DNA of 64,000 nt from Gammaproteobacteria bacterium (GTDB taxonomy: Bacteria; Pseudomonadota; Gammaproteobacteria; Arenicellales; JAANXG01). The notes under the pieces are model-generated. The model searched no databases, had not been told where the DNA came from, and saw only the letters and a program-made list of their open reading frames with translations. The translations under genes and the position numbers were made by a program. The stretch lies in NCBI GenBank assembly GCA_034520625.1, contig JAXHNI010000009.1:481494-545493 (forward strand), read 5' to 3'. This document shows positions 49,725 through 59,245 of the stretch, one piece after another (within the stretch, counting starts at the first letter, position 1; each line of letters starts with the position of its first letter).

Positions 49725-50692
49725 CCGGCAACGGGGCGGACAATCCGCGGCGGCCCGGCGGGACCCCGGTCCCGGTCGCCGCGGAGTTCGCCGTGGACTC
49801 GCCGGACGTCCTGGCCGAACGGCTTAGGGATGCCGGCTACCTGGTTCCGCGCGCGCTGGCCACCTCGACGTTCCTGGCGCTGCGCATGGGCAAGCCCCTG
49901 CTGCTGGAAGGTGACCCGGGGGTGGGTAAGACCGAGCTGGCCCTGGCCCTGAGCCGGGCCTTCGACGCCGAGCTGGTCCGGCTGCAGTGCTACGAGGGCC
50001 TGGACATGGCCCAGGCCGCCTACGAGTGGAACTATCCGCGCCAGCTGCTGCAGATCCGTCTGGCCGAGGCCCGGGAAGGCGGGGAAGGGGCCGGGATTCA
50101 GGACCTGTTCACCGAGGATTTTCTGCTGCCACGCCCGCTGATGCACGCCCTGGACGCCAGCGAGCACGGCCCCGTGGTGCTGCTCATCGACGAGCTCGAC
50201 CGGGCGGACGAGCCGTTCGAGGCGTTCCTGCTGGAGTTCCTCTCCGACTTCCAGTTGTCCATCCCGGAGCTCGGGACGCGCCGCGCCGCGCGCCGGCCGC
50301 CGGTGATCATCACCTCCAACCGGACCCGGGAGATTCACGATGCGATCCGCCGGCGCTGCCTGTACAGCCTGGTGGCGTATCCTTCGCCGGAGCGCGAGCT
50401 CGCCATCATCCTGGCCCACCTGCCGGATATCGACCGGCGCCTGGCGGCGGAGGTCGCGGCCTTCGTCGCAGAGCTGCGGGCCATGCAGCTGTTCAAGCGC
50501 CCCGGTGTGGCCGAGACCGTGGACTGGTGCACGGCGCTGTATCACATGAACCGGATCAGCCTGGATCCGGACACCGTCCAGGAAACCGTGGGCACTCTGT
50601 TGAAATACGAGGACGACATCGAGCGGGCGGATCCCGAGACCGTTGCCCAGCTCATCGGCCAGGCACGCAACAAGGTCGCCTCCGGTCTGTGA
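49721..50692 (+). CDS. coxD: MoxR-type AAA+ ATPase (CoxD-like)
   Basis: ATGA overlap with coxM. Walker A is GDPGVGKT and Walker B is LLIDELD. The track ORF 48896..50692 is an over-extension. Confidence 0.85.
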   Translation: MTGNGADNPRRPGGTPVPVAAEFAVDSPDVLAERLRDAGYLVPRALATSTFLALRMGKPLLLEGDPGVGKTELALALSRAFDAELVRLQCYEGLDMAQAAYEWNYPRQLLQIRLAEAREGGEGAGIQDLFTEDFLLPRPLMHALDASEHGPVVLLIDELDRADEPFEAFLLEFLSDFQLSIPELGTRRAARRPPVIITSNRTREIHDAIRRRCLYSLVAYPSPERELAIILAHLPDIDRRLAAEVAAFVAELRAMQLFKRPGVAETVDWCTALYHMNRISLDPDTVQETVGTLLKYEDDIERADPETVAQLIGQARNKVASGL

Positions 50693-51876
50693 CCCCCGCC
50701 GAGCTCCCCGACCGCAGCCGCCTGCCGGAGAACGTCGTGCACTTCGTTCGCCTGCTGCGCGCCGCCGGCATCTCCTGCGGCGTGCCCGAGACCCGGGAGG
50801 CCCTGCAGGCCGTCGAGCAGGTCGGCGTGCACAGCCGCGACGATTTTCACGACGCCCTGGCTAGCGTGCTGGTGAACCGGGAACGGGAGATGGAAATCTT
50901 CGACCAGGCCTTCGACCTGTTCTGGCGCAATCCGCGCCCATTGCCGCAGACGCTTCAGGACCTGCTGGCGCAGATCAAGTCGCGGCTGGCGCCGCCCCGG
51001 ACCTCGCGCCGCCTGAGCGAGCGTCTGGCACAGCACTACTTCGGCGCGCCGCCCCACCGGGAAAACGAGGAGGACCCGGACATCGAGTTCGATTACGCGG
51101 GCACCGGCTCCTCCCGCGAGCGGCTGTTCCATCGGGACTTCCAGCAGCTCAGCCCGGACGAGTTCTTCGAGCTCAAGCGGCTCATCAAGCATCTGCATCC
51201 GCGGCTGCCGCGGCGGACTTCCCGGCGCACCGAGGCCAACCGCAGCCGCGGTCCGCTGGATTGGCGGCGCACCGCCCGCGGTCTGGCCCGCGGCCGCCTG
51301 GACCTGGTTCGCCGCCGCCGCCGCCGCACGGTGGTGCCCCTGGTGGTGCTCTGCGATATGTCCGGGTCCATGTCCGATTACACCCGCGCGACGCTCCTGT
51401 TCTTTCACGCCCTGTGCCAGGTGCGCCATCCCGTGGAGGTGTTCGTGTTCTCGACCCATGTAACCCGGATCACGCCCGAGCTCCGCTACCGGGATGCGGA
51501 CATCGCCCTGTCACTGGCGGCTTCCGCGGCCAGCGACTGGGAAGGCGGCACCCGGCTGGCGGACTGCCTCGAAGCGTTCGTCGACCGATGGCTGCAGCGG
51601 GTGCTGGCCCGGCCCAGCGATCTTGTGCTGGTGAGCGACGGTCTGGACGGCTGCGATCCGGAAGCCGGGCGTATCGGGGAGCGCCTCGAGAGCTCGCTCG
51701 CGCATTTGGCGGCGTCGGCCCGCAGCTTCACCTGGATGAACCCCATGCTGCGCTATGAGCACTACGAGTCCCGTGCCCTCGGCCCGTCCATCCTGGAACG
51801 CCACGCCGGGCGCCGGATTTCCGGCCACAACCTGCACAGCCTGTGCGAGCTGTTCAACACGCAAGGCCGCCATTGA
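50689..51876 (+). CDS. coxE: VWA-domain protein (CoxE-like)
   Basis: The GTG start overlaps the coxD stop (GTGA). The MIDAS motif is DMSGSM. Confidence 0.82.
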   Translation: MTPAELPDRSRLPENVVHFVRLLRAAGISCGVPETREALQAVEQVGVHSRDDFHDALASVLVNREREMEIFDQAFDLFWRNPRPLPQTLQDLLAQIKSRLAPPRTSRRLSERLAQHYFGAPPHRENEEDPDIEFDYAGTGSSRERLFHRDFQQLSPDEFFELKRLIKHLHPRLPRRTSRRTEANRSRGPLDWRRTARGLARGRLDLVRRRRRRTVVPLVVLCDMSGSMSDYTRATLLFFHALCQVRHPVEVFVFSTHVTRITPELRYRDADIALSLAASAASDWEGGTRLADCLEAFVDRWLQRVLARPSDLVLVSDGLDGCDPEAGRIGERLESSLAHLAASARSFTWMNPMLRYEHYESRALGPSILERHAGRRISGHNLHSLCELFNTQGRH

Positions 51877-51981
51877 GCCGGTACTGCGCGTGTCAATCGA
51901 GGAGCCTGGAACCATGCGGTAGGATGGGAGTCGTCTGTGGAATCAATGTACGCTATGTGACCTGACATCGGGAGAGCAACA

Positions 51982-52581
51982 ATGAAACTCGAAAGCAATC
52001 GCGTGATACAGGCTGAGCCCGGCGTCGTCTGGGAGCACCTGGTTGACGTCGAGGTGCTGAAGCAGTGCATACCGGGCTGCCAGACCATGGAGCAGACCGG
52101 CGAGAATGAATATGCGCTCACCATGAAGTCCAAGGTCGGCCCCGTTTCCGCCACCTTCAAGGGTGAGCTGAGCCTGCGGGACATCGTGCCGGGGGAGTCC
52201 TACACCCTGCACTTCGAGGGCAAGGGGGGTGCTGCCGGTTTTGGCAAGGGCTCGGCGGCGGTCCGCCTGGAGCCGGCAGATGAAGGCACGAACCTCATCT
52301 ACAGCGTGGACGCCAGCGTCGGCGGCAAGATCGCCCAGGTGGGCCAGCGCCTTGTGGACGGCACGGCGCGCAAGATGGCCGACGACTTTTTCAGCCAGTT
52401 CGAGCAGGTGGTTGCCCCCGCGGAAGCCGGAGACGGCTTCGAGCCCGCCGCCGACACCGCTCGAAAAATAAGCAGAGGTGGTGGCGAAAGCAGTAGCGAA
52501 AGCAGCGGCCGCACCTGGATGTGGATCGGCGGTGGCATCATCGTGCTGCTGATCATCCTGCTGCTGTGGGGAGCAGTCTGA
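51982..52581 (+). CDS. coxG: SRPBCC CoxG-like protein with C-terminal membrane anchor
   Basis: The CoxG pattern is VWEHLVDVEVLKQCIPGC...VGPVSATFKG. The terminal TM helix is WMWIGGGIIVLLIILLLWG. Confidence 0.8.
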   Translation: MKLESNRVIQAEPGVVWEHLVDVEVLKQCIPGCQTMEQTGENEYALTMKSKVGPVSATFKGELSLRDIVPGESYTLHFEGKGGAAGFGKGSAAVRLEPADEGTNLIYSVDASVGGKIAQVGQRLVDGTARKMADDFFSQFEQVVAPAEAGDGFEPAADTARKISRGGGESSSESSGRTWMWIGGGIIVLLIILLLWGAV

Positions 52582-53204
52582 GCGATCCGCCCGTCGCCAT
52601 CGTGCTGGCGGCCGGGCGTGGCCGGCGCTTCGCTGCGGCGGGTGGCGGACCGTTCAAGCAGAGCCGGCGGTTTCAGGGCGACCGCGCGGTGGTGGAGCAC
52701 GTCTGCGGCCTGTACGCGGCATGCGGGCTGCCCGTGGTCTGCGCCCTGCATCCGGAGCTGGAGCAGCTCGCCGGTCGCCTGAGTGACGCCGGACACCGTA
52801 TCGTGACGGTGGCGGATGCCGACGCCGGCATGGGTCATTCCCTGGCCGCAGCGGTGGCGGCCTCGCCGTCCGATACCGGTTGGCTGATCGCCCTTGCGGA
52901 CATGCCGCGAATCCGTCCGCAGACCATCCGCGCCGTCGCCGACGCCCTGCTGGCCGGTGCGGCGTTGTGTGCACCATGCCACGAAGGCCGCCGTGGACAC
53001 CCGGTCGGCTTCAGCCGGGAGTTCGGCCAAGCGCTGTGCGCCCTGTCCGGCGACGAGGGGGCGCGATCGGTGCTCGAGGCCAACGCGGATCGCCTGCGGC
53101 GCATCGACGTCGACGATCCCGGCGTGCTGTTCGATATCAACGTGCCCGGCGATCTGCTCGGCCTGGCCGGGCATCCGCCGGCCGGCCGGAAACCGCAGAT
53201 GTAG
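52566..53204 (+). CDS. mocA: MobA-like NTP transferase (molybdenum cofactor cytidylyltransferase MocA-like)
   Basis: It has IVLAAGRGRRF. The proposed GTG start at 52566 overlaps the coxG end. The start is uncertain; the track ORF begins at 52521. Confidence 0.75.
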   Translation: MGSSLSDPPVAIVLAAGRGRRFAAAGGGPFKQSRRFQGDRAVVEHVCGLYAACGLPVVCALHPELEQLAGRLSDAGHRIVTVADADAGMGHSLAAAVAASPSDTGWLIALADMPRIRPQTIRAVADALLAGAALCAPCHEGRRGHPVGFSREFGQALCALSGDEGARSVLEANADRLRRIDVDDPGVLFDINVPGDLLGLAGHPPAGRKPQM

Positions 53205-53224
53205 GTCAGGTTTTACAACTGACT

Positions 53225-53243
53225 GTCCGGCATGAAGCCGGAC
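53225..53243. terminator. hairpin between convergent mocA and the racemase remnant
   Basis: The structure is GTCCGGC-atgaa-GCCGGAC. Confidence 0.4.
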
Positions 53244-53255
53244 CTACATGCTGTG

Positions 53256-53459
53256 TCAATAGAAACCCTGGTACCGCTTTCGCTGTGTCCCGGCCTGGAA
53301 GTAGTCGATCATGGTGATGTAGTCGAATACCGGCAGCCCCGTCGCTTCCTGCACCGCCCTGGGGTAGGGTGGCAGCAGCGAGCATTCCAGCACCACCGCC
53401 CCCATGTCCGGGTGGGCCGACACCATCGCTTTCACCGCGGGATATCGGCGGTAGGACAC
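53256..53459 (-). pseudogene. C-terminal remnant of an Asp/Glu/hydantoin-racemase-family gene
   Basis: Only 67 codons remain (...GAVVLECSLLPPYPRAVQEATGLPVFDYITMIDYF...). These match the C-terminal third of proteins that are usually about 230 aa. The 5' boundary abuts the sodC terminator hairpin. Confidence 0.5.
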
Positions 53460-53485
53460 CGGCGCGCGGGGCTGCCGCGCGCCGG
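53459..53485 (-). terminator. sodC terminator hairpin
   Basis: The structure is CCGGCGCGCGG-ggctg-CCGCGCGCCGG, an 11-bp stem, 29 nt downstream of the sodC stop. There is no clear U-run. Confidence 0.5.
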
Positions 53486-53513
53486 CTTGTGGATCGAAGC
53501 CCGGGAGACCGCG

Positions 53514-54035
53514 TCAGTCGGCGATTACGCCGCAGGCAACCCGTACGCCGCCGCCGCCGAGCGGCTTGGGATCGTCGGAGTAGTTGTCCCCGTGCTCGTG
53601 CACGATCAGGGAACGTCCCTTGAGATTGGCCGTGGTGACGCGGGGCGCCATTACCGGGTGCGTGGCGTTGGTGAAGGCGTCGACGGTCAGCGGCGGGAGA
53701 TCCCCCAGGTGGCCGGCGCCGTAGGGACCTTCATGCTTGCCGCTGCCCAGGGGATCGAAGTGGCCGCCCGCGGCCAGGGCGGCCACAGGCTCGCCATCCT
53801 TCTCCGCCGGCTCACAGCTCGGGTTTTCGTGGACGTGGAAACCGTGCAATCCCGGCCGCAGCCCCGTCAGATCGGGGGTGAAATATGCCCCGTAGCCCGT
53901 GTCAACCACGGTAATGGTCCCGATCGATCCCTTGACGCCCTCGGCGTCCACTTCGTGCATCTCGATGGTCAGCTCGTCGGCCATCGCCGTGCCCGACAGT
54001 GCCATTCCCAGCAGAACAGCCGTATGAATCTTCAT
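53514..54035 (-). CDS. sodC: periplasmic Cu/Zn superoxide dismutase
   Basis: It has a signal peptide and motifs HGFHVHE, GGHFDP, GDLP and GGGGVRVACGVI. A strong SD (GAGGAGG) is present. Confidence 0.93.
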   Translation of the reverse strand: MKIHTAVLLGMALSGTAMADELTIEMHEVDAEGVKGSIGTITVVDTGYGAYFTPDLTGLRPGLHGFHVHENPSCEPAEKDGEPVAALAAGGHFDPLGSGKHEGPYGAGHLGDLPPLTVDAFTNATHPVMAPRVTTANLKGRSLIVHEHGDNYSDDPKPLGGGGVRVACGVIAD

Positions 54036-54233
54036 ATTCGTTACCTCCTCAAGGAGCTTGACTATGTGCTACATCCTGTAAGTGCTTGACGAACCCCGGC
54101 GAGTCGCGACCGGCCGGCCCCGCGCCGGCCGGGTCTCAGAGAAGAGTCCGTGCAGGCATGGATAGAGAATAAGAGCCATCCTGCGCAAAGTCTACAGCCG
54201 TCGGCGCCCGCCCCCGGACGCTCCAGGCCCGAC

Positions 54234-54893
54234 CTACAGCCCGGGCACGGCCGTACGCTTTTCGAGATAATAGAGTATCTGCGCCACCGTGCCCGTAAGG
54301 ACCAGGTAAACCAGGGCGAGCAGCAGGAATACCTGGAAGAAGTTGAACGTCTCGTAGCCGATCTTCTCCGCACGGGCAGTGATCTCCGATACGCCGATCG
54401 CGTAGGCAATGGATGTGTACTTGAGCTCCAGGATGGCTTCGTTGGACCACTGGGGAATGACGCGGCGCAGGGCCTGGGGCAGGACGATCCAGCGCAGCCC
54501 CCCCAGGCTGCTCATGCCCATGGCCCGGGCGGCCGTCATCTGGCCTGCGGGGATCGAGCGGATGGCGCCGCGGAAGTATTCCGCCTGATAGGCGGCCGTG
54601 TTCAGGCCGATGGCGATCACCGCGGCGGTGAACGGGCCGAAGGTGATCCCGATTTCCGGCAGGCCCAGGTAGATGAAGAACATCTGTACCAGCATCGGCG
54701 TGCCGCGGAAGATCTCCACATAGACCGTGGCGGCGGCGTAGACCAGCCGGTTGCCGTAAAGCCTCGCCCACGCCAGCACCAGCCCGAATACCGCGCCCAT
54801 CGATATGGCCAGCACCCAAAGGCCGAGCGTGATCGGTACCCCCTCCAGGATGTACGGCAGGTGCTCCAGCGCGAATTCGTAGAAAGAGCCCAT
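54234..54893 (-). CDS. polar amino acid ABC transporter permease
   Basis: It is a His/Glu/Gln/Arg/opine-family permease with EAA loop AARAMGMSSLGGLRWIVLPQA. Confidence 0.88.
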   Translation of the reverse strand: MGSFYEFALEHLPYILEGVPITLGLWVLAISMGAVFGLVLAWARLYGNRLVYAAATVYVEIFRGTPMLVQMFFIYLGLPEIGITFGPFTAAVIAIGLNTAAYQAEYFRGAIRSIPAGQMTAARAMGMSSLGGLRWIVLPQALRRVIPQWSNEAILELKYTSIAYAIGVSEITARAEKIGYETFNFFQVFLLLALVYLVLTGTVAQILYYLEKRTAVPGL

Positions 54894-55628
54894 TCAGGCG
54901 GCGCCCTCCTGGCTGATGACACGCAGGAACTTCCGGGTGCGATCGTGCTGCGGCGCGTCGAACAACTGGTCCGGAGGACCCTGCTCCAGGATCCGGCCGC
55001 CGTCCATGAATATGATCTCGTCCGCCGCCTGGCGGGCGAACTCGACGGCGTGGCTGACCACCAGCATGGTCATGCCCTCGGTGGCGAGTCGTTTCATGAC
55101 CGCGATTACTTCCCCGGTGAGCTCGGGGTCCAGCGCGCTGGTGGGCTCGTCGAACAGGATAATCTTGGGCTCCATCGCCAGGGCCCGGGCGATGGACACG
55201 CGCTGCTGCTGGCCCCCGGACAGCTCGGCAGGATAGGCCTCGGCGCGGTCGACCAGGTCCACACGCTCCAGCTCCCGCATGGCCAGATCGCGGGCGGCCC
55301 GCCTGTCCATACGCCGGATCTTCGCGGGCCCGATGGCGACATTGTCGATGGCCCGAAGGTGGGTAAACAGATTGAAGTCCTGAAACACGAAGGCGATCTT
55401 CTGCCGCATGCGGTTGATGTTCGCGGGGGTGATCTCCGTGCCGTCGAAGAACACCCGGCCCTGGTCCGGCGGGGTCAGGTGATTGATACACCGCAGCAGG
55501 GTGGACTTGCCGGTGCCGGACGGTCCCATGATCACTTTCGACTGGCCGATATCCATCTCCAGCGACACCCCCTTCAATACCTCGGTGTCGCCGTAGCGCC
55601 GGTGTATGTTTTCCACCTCCAGAAGCAT
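54894..55628 (-). CDS. polar amino acid ABC transporter ATP-binding protein
   Basis: It has GPSGTGKST, LSGGQQQR and ILFDEPTSALD. Confidence 0.92.
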   Translation of the reverse strand: MLLEVENIHRRYGDTEVLKGVSLEMDIGQSKVIMGPSGTGKSTLLRCINHLTPPDQGRVFFDGTEITPANINRMRQKIAFVFQDFNLFTHLRAIDNVAIGPAKIRRMDRRAARDLAMRELERVDLVDRAEAYPAELSGGQQQRVSIARALAMEPKIILFDEPTSALDPELTGEVIAVMKRLATEGMTMLVVSHAVEFARQAADEIIFMDGGRILEQGPPDQLFDAPQHDRTRKFLRVISQEGAA

Positions 55629-56303
55629 TCAGGCATCTCCTCGTTGCTCGAAGCCGGGCACTGCGAGTTTTCTTTCCAGCTTGTAGAGCGACCAGTTTCC
55701 GATTCGATTCGCTATGAAGTACATGGCGGCGACGACGGCGAATACGATCAGGATATTGCCCTGGGTGTTGGAGATGATGTATTTCGCCTGGCGGGTCAGC
55801 TCGACGACCCCGATCACATAGGCGAGGGAGGTGGCTTTCATCTCGCTGGAGAACTCGTTGGTCCAGGGGCCGATGGACAGCCGCAGCGCCTGGGGCAGAA
55901 TGATGTCCCGCACCGCCATGGGCCCGGACATCCCCATGGCCCGGGCGGCGATCATCTGGCTGGGCGGCACGGACAGAATGGAACCCCGGAATATCTGGGA
56001 CTGGTAGGCGGCCGAGCGCAGGCCCAGCGCCAGGACGGCGGCGGCGAAGGGTCCGAGTTCGACGAAGTCCGTGACACCGAAGTAGAAGAGCAGCAGCAGG
56101 ACGATGGCGGGTATGCCGCGAAAAATCCTCTCGAAAAGTATCCCGAACCAGCGCAGCGTCCAGTGCCCGTATACTTCCATGAGTGCCAGGCTCAGACCCA
56201 GGACGAAGCCCAGGGCGAGCAGGCAGGCCAGCAGCTGCAGGGCGATCCACAGTCCGCCCAGCAGATGGGGCATCTGGCTCAGAATGGTTTCGAGGATCGC
56301 CAT
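55629..56303 (-). CDS. polar amino acid ABC transporter permease
   Basis: The EAA loop is AARAMGMSGPMAVRDIILPQA. The stop codon directly abuts the ATPase start codon, with no overlap. Confidence 0.88.
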   Translation of the reverse strand: MAILETILSQMPHLLGGLWIALQLLACLLALGFVLGLSLALMEVYGHWTLRWFGILFERIFRGIPAIVLLLLFYFGVTDFVELGPFAAAVLALGLRSAAYQSQIFRGSILSVPPSQMIAARAMGMSGPMAVRDIILPQALRLSIGPWTNEFSSEMKATSLAYVIGVVELTRQAKYIISNTQGNILIVFAVVAAMYFIANRIGNWSLYKLERKLAVPGFEQRGDA

Positions 56304-56367
56304 TCAGGTCACGCGATGCGCAGAACCCGCGCCTTCATTCGGCCGCGAGCAGGTAAGGGAAAACAGC

Positions 56368-56397
56368 GCCGGCGGCGGGCAGCGACCCGCCGCCGGC
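56368..56397 (-). terminator. intercistronic hairpin between the binding-protein and permease genes
   Basis: The structure is GCCGGCGGCGGG-cagcga-CCCGCCGCCGGC, a perfect 12-bp stem in the 101-nt gap. Confidence 0.5.
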
Positions 56398-56404
56398 TTG
56401 CCGC

Positions 56405-57241
56405 TCAGTCGGAATAGCCGGGGATCGGTTCCTGGTAGGAATCCACGTAGTCCGGCATCGCAGTGGGGATGGACCGCACGGTGGACTGGGGTGCGTACTC
56501 GGCGATGATCTCGCCCCAGGTGCCGTTCCGGTAGATGTTCATGATGCCCCGGTTCAGTTTCGCCAGCAGCTCGTGGGGATCGCCTTTCTGGACGGCCAGC
56601 GCCTGCGGCTGATTCTGCTGGATGGTGCCGATGATCTTGATCGGCCGGCCCTTGGCGATGAAATCCTCGGCGGTATCGGTGGAGGTGACCACCGCATCGA
56701 GACGACCCGCCAGCATGTCTTCCACGGCGGTGACGTAATCCTCGTAGCCCCGCAGCGTGACATCGACGTCGTCATTGGCGCCGAGGTTGTCCTCCAGCCA
56801 CTTGAACTGGGTGGCCCCGCTCTGGGCACCGACCGTGGCGCCGCAGCACATCGCGGTCACGACATTCTTGTCGGAATCCGTCGGTACCATCACCTCGTCA
56901 TCGTTCTCCCACCAGGGAATGCTGAAATCCAGCACCTCGGCCCGCTCCTCGGTGACGTTCAGGCCCGTAACGAGAAGATCGATCCGTCCCTTGGAAAGGG
57001 CGGGGATCAGCGACGGCCAGGGGAGGTCCTGGAACTCGACGTCGATGTCCTGGTCCCTGGCGATCTCGCGCATCGCGTCGATGGCGATGCCCTTGTATTC
57101 GCCGTCCTCGACATAAGCCCACGGCGGGAACGACGCCTCAACGCCCGCAACCAGTTTTTCCGCCGCCGCGCCCGGCGACATGAGCAGGCTGGCGGCGGCG
57201 ACCGCGGCACCTGCAATGACTGCACGTAAATTGGAATTCAT
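56405..57241 (-). CDS. family-3 (polar amino acid) substrate-binding protein
   Basis: The signal peptide is MNSNLRAVIAGAAVAAASLLMSPGAAA. The SBP_bac_3 pattern is FPPWAYVEDGEYKGIAIDAMREIA. The ATG at 57241 is preferred; the track ORF extends to 57448. Confidence 0.85.
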   Translation of the reverse strand: MNSNLRAVIAGAAVAAASLLMSPGAAAEKLVAGVEASFPPWAYVEDGEYKGIAIDAMREIARDQDIDVEFQDLPWPSLIPALSKGRIDLLVTGLNVTEERAEVLDFSIPWWENDDEVMVPTDSDKNVVTAMCCGATVGAQSGATQFKWLEDNLGANDDVDVTLRGYEDYVTAVEDMLAGRLDAVVTSTDTAEDFIAKGRPIKIIGTIQQNQPQALAVQKGDPHELLAKLNRGIMNIYRNGTWGEIIAEYAPQSTVRSIPTAMPDYVDSYQEPIPGYSD

Positions 57242-57608
57242 GGAGAGTCTCCTGTTTGATTTCTGGTTCTGGATTTGTCGTGGCGTGTTTGTCGAAATTT
57301 CACGGTTCGAAAAACACGGATACGGGAAGAGGACCACCTTGTCACATCGAGCACAGGAAATGTTTTCGTACTGGGCGCGGTTTTCCGAAGATATTTCATT
57401 CGCGGACCGGCATGATGGAAGCGTCGATGGCGCGCAGGAGGTCGTCATTACTCTGCAGTGGCCCGTCGAGCCGGTCCAGCGACAGCAGCCGCACGTGCCA
57501 CGCCAGGCCGCTCACGATGCCGGCTGCGGATATGCACGGCAACCCGCGACCGCCCCCCGGTACGGGGGCTGCTACACTTGCTGCCGGAATCGTTTCAGGG
57601 GCCAGGCA

Positions 57609-59222
57609 ATCAGACACCGACGTGCAACCCTGCTGGTGGTATCGGCTGCCGCGGTCGGCCTGTTGCTGGTTGCGGCCGGGCCGTCCCGCGCCGATATTCC
57701 CGGGGACCTTGCCGACCGGCTGCGCGAGCGTCTGGCGCCGCAGCAGGCGGACACGGCGCTGCACGAGTTCTACTCCCGGCGGAAACATGAACCGGTCTGG
57801 TTCGGTGACCGCGGCCTGTTGAGCACCGCGGACGCCGTTCCGACGCTGCTCGCCTCGAGCGCCAGCGACGGCCTGCGCCCGGAGGACTATGACTTCACCC
57901 ACCTGCGCGAAGCCGTCGCCGGCTACCGGGACGGCCGACACCCTCTGCCGCCCACGGAGCTGGAGCTGGCGCTGACCGGCGCCGTGCTCACTTACGCATC
58001 GGACATGCTGCGGGGTCGCGTGCGCCCGGAGGATCTGTATTCGAACTGGGAGTCGGCGCCGCGGGATCTGGATCTGGCGCGCCACCTCCAGGAATCGATG
58101 GATGCCGGCCGGCTCATCCCTTCGCTGCAGAACCTGGCACCGTGGCACGTCCACTACCACCGGCTCCGGGAGCTGTTATCCCGGTACCGGCAGCTCGCAC
58201 GCGACGGCGGGCTGGCAACCGTACCGCCGGGGGAAACCCTGAAGCGCGGGCTGCGATCGCCGCGCGTATCCGCGCTTCATCGGCGATTGGTCCAGGACGG
58301 CGATCTCGACCCCGCCGCGCGCGGCGCCCCGACCGATCTGTTCGACGCCGCGCTGGAGTCGGCGCTGAAGCGCTACCAGAGGCGCCACGGTCTGGAGCCG
58401 GACGGCGTCGCGGGACCCCGGACCCTGGCATCGCTGAACGTGCCGCTGGCGCATCGCATCCGTACCGTTGAGCTCAACATGGAGCGCTGGCGCTGGCTGC
58501 CCCGGGATCTCGGCGAGCGCTTCATTACCGTCAATATCGCCGGCTTCCAGCTGTATGTCGTGGAGCGGAACGAAGTGATGATGAGCATGCCGGTGGTGGT
58601 GGGCAAGCGCTATCATGCCACTCCCGTGTTCACCGGCAGCATGACCTATCTGGTATTCAGCCCCTACTGGAATGTGCCCCACAGCATCGCGATCAACGAG
58701 ATACTCCCGAAGCAGCGGGAAAACCCGGCGTACCTCGAACAGGAGTCGATGCAGGTGTTCCGCGGCTGGGAGCAGCCGCACCAGCCGCTGGACCCGGCGG
58801 TTGTCGACTGGTCCAGCGTCAGCCGGGAGAATTTTCCCTACCGGTTCCGCCAGCTGCCGGGGCCGCACAATGCGCTGGGCCGGGTGAAGTTCATGTTTCC
58901 GAACAAGTACAGCGTTTATCTTCACGACACCCCGGCCAAGTCGCTGTTCTCACGGGCGGCCCGGGATTTCAGCCACGGCTGTATCCGCGTCAGCCGGCCG
59001 ATGGACCTTGCTGCGTATCTGCTGGCCGATCAGCCCGAGTGGGACGAGGCGCGAATTGCCGAGGCCGCCAACCGGGAGGTGGAGCAGTCCGTGCCCCTGG
59101 CGCGGCCCTGGCCGGTGCACGTGCTCTACTGGACGGCCTGGGTCGGCCCGCAAGGCGAAGTGCATTTCCGCGACGACGTCTACGGGCGGGATGAGCGGCT
59201 CGCCCGGGCGCTCTACAACTGA
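57609..59222 (+). CDS. L,D-transpeptidase (YcbB/LdtD-like) with PG-binding domain
   Basis: It has PG_binding_1 (RYQRRHGLEPDGVAGPRTLASLN) and a YkuD catalytic domain (HDTP...SHGCIRV). The signal peptide IRHRRATLLVVSAAAVGLLLVAAGPSRA begins at an ATC codon. That codon has AGGGG 7 nt upstream. The start is unresolved; in-frame GTG 57495 and ATG 57360 are alternatives. Confidence 0.8.
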   Translation: MRHRRATLLVVSAAAVGLLLVAAGPSRADIPGDLADRLRERLAPQQADTALHEFYSRRKHEPVWFGDRGLLSTADAVPTLLASSASDGLRPEDYDFTHLREAVAGYRDGRHPLPPTELELALTGAVLTYASDMLRGRVRPEDLYSNWESAPRDLDLARHLQESMDAGRLIPSLQNLAPWHVHYHRLRELLSRYRQLARDGGLATVPPGETLKRGLRSPRVSALHRRLVQDGDLDPAARGAPTDLFDAALESALKRYQRRHGLEPDGVAGPRTLASLNVPLAHRIRTVELNMERWRWLPRDLGERFITVNIAGFQLYVVERNEVMMSMPVVVGKRYHATPVFTGSMTYLVFSPYWNVPHSIAINEILPKQRENPAYLEQESMQVFRGWEQPHQPLDPAVVDWSSVSRENFPYRFRQLPGPHNALGRVKFMFPNKYSVYLHDTPAKSLFSRAARDFSHGCIRVSRPMDLAAYLLADQPEWDEARIAEAANREVEQSVPLARPWPVHVLYWTAWVGPQGEVHFRDDVYGRDERLARALYN

Positions 59223-59245
59223 ACCCGCCCCGCGCGGACTGATCG

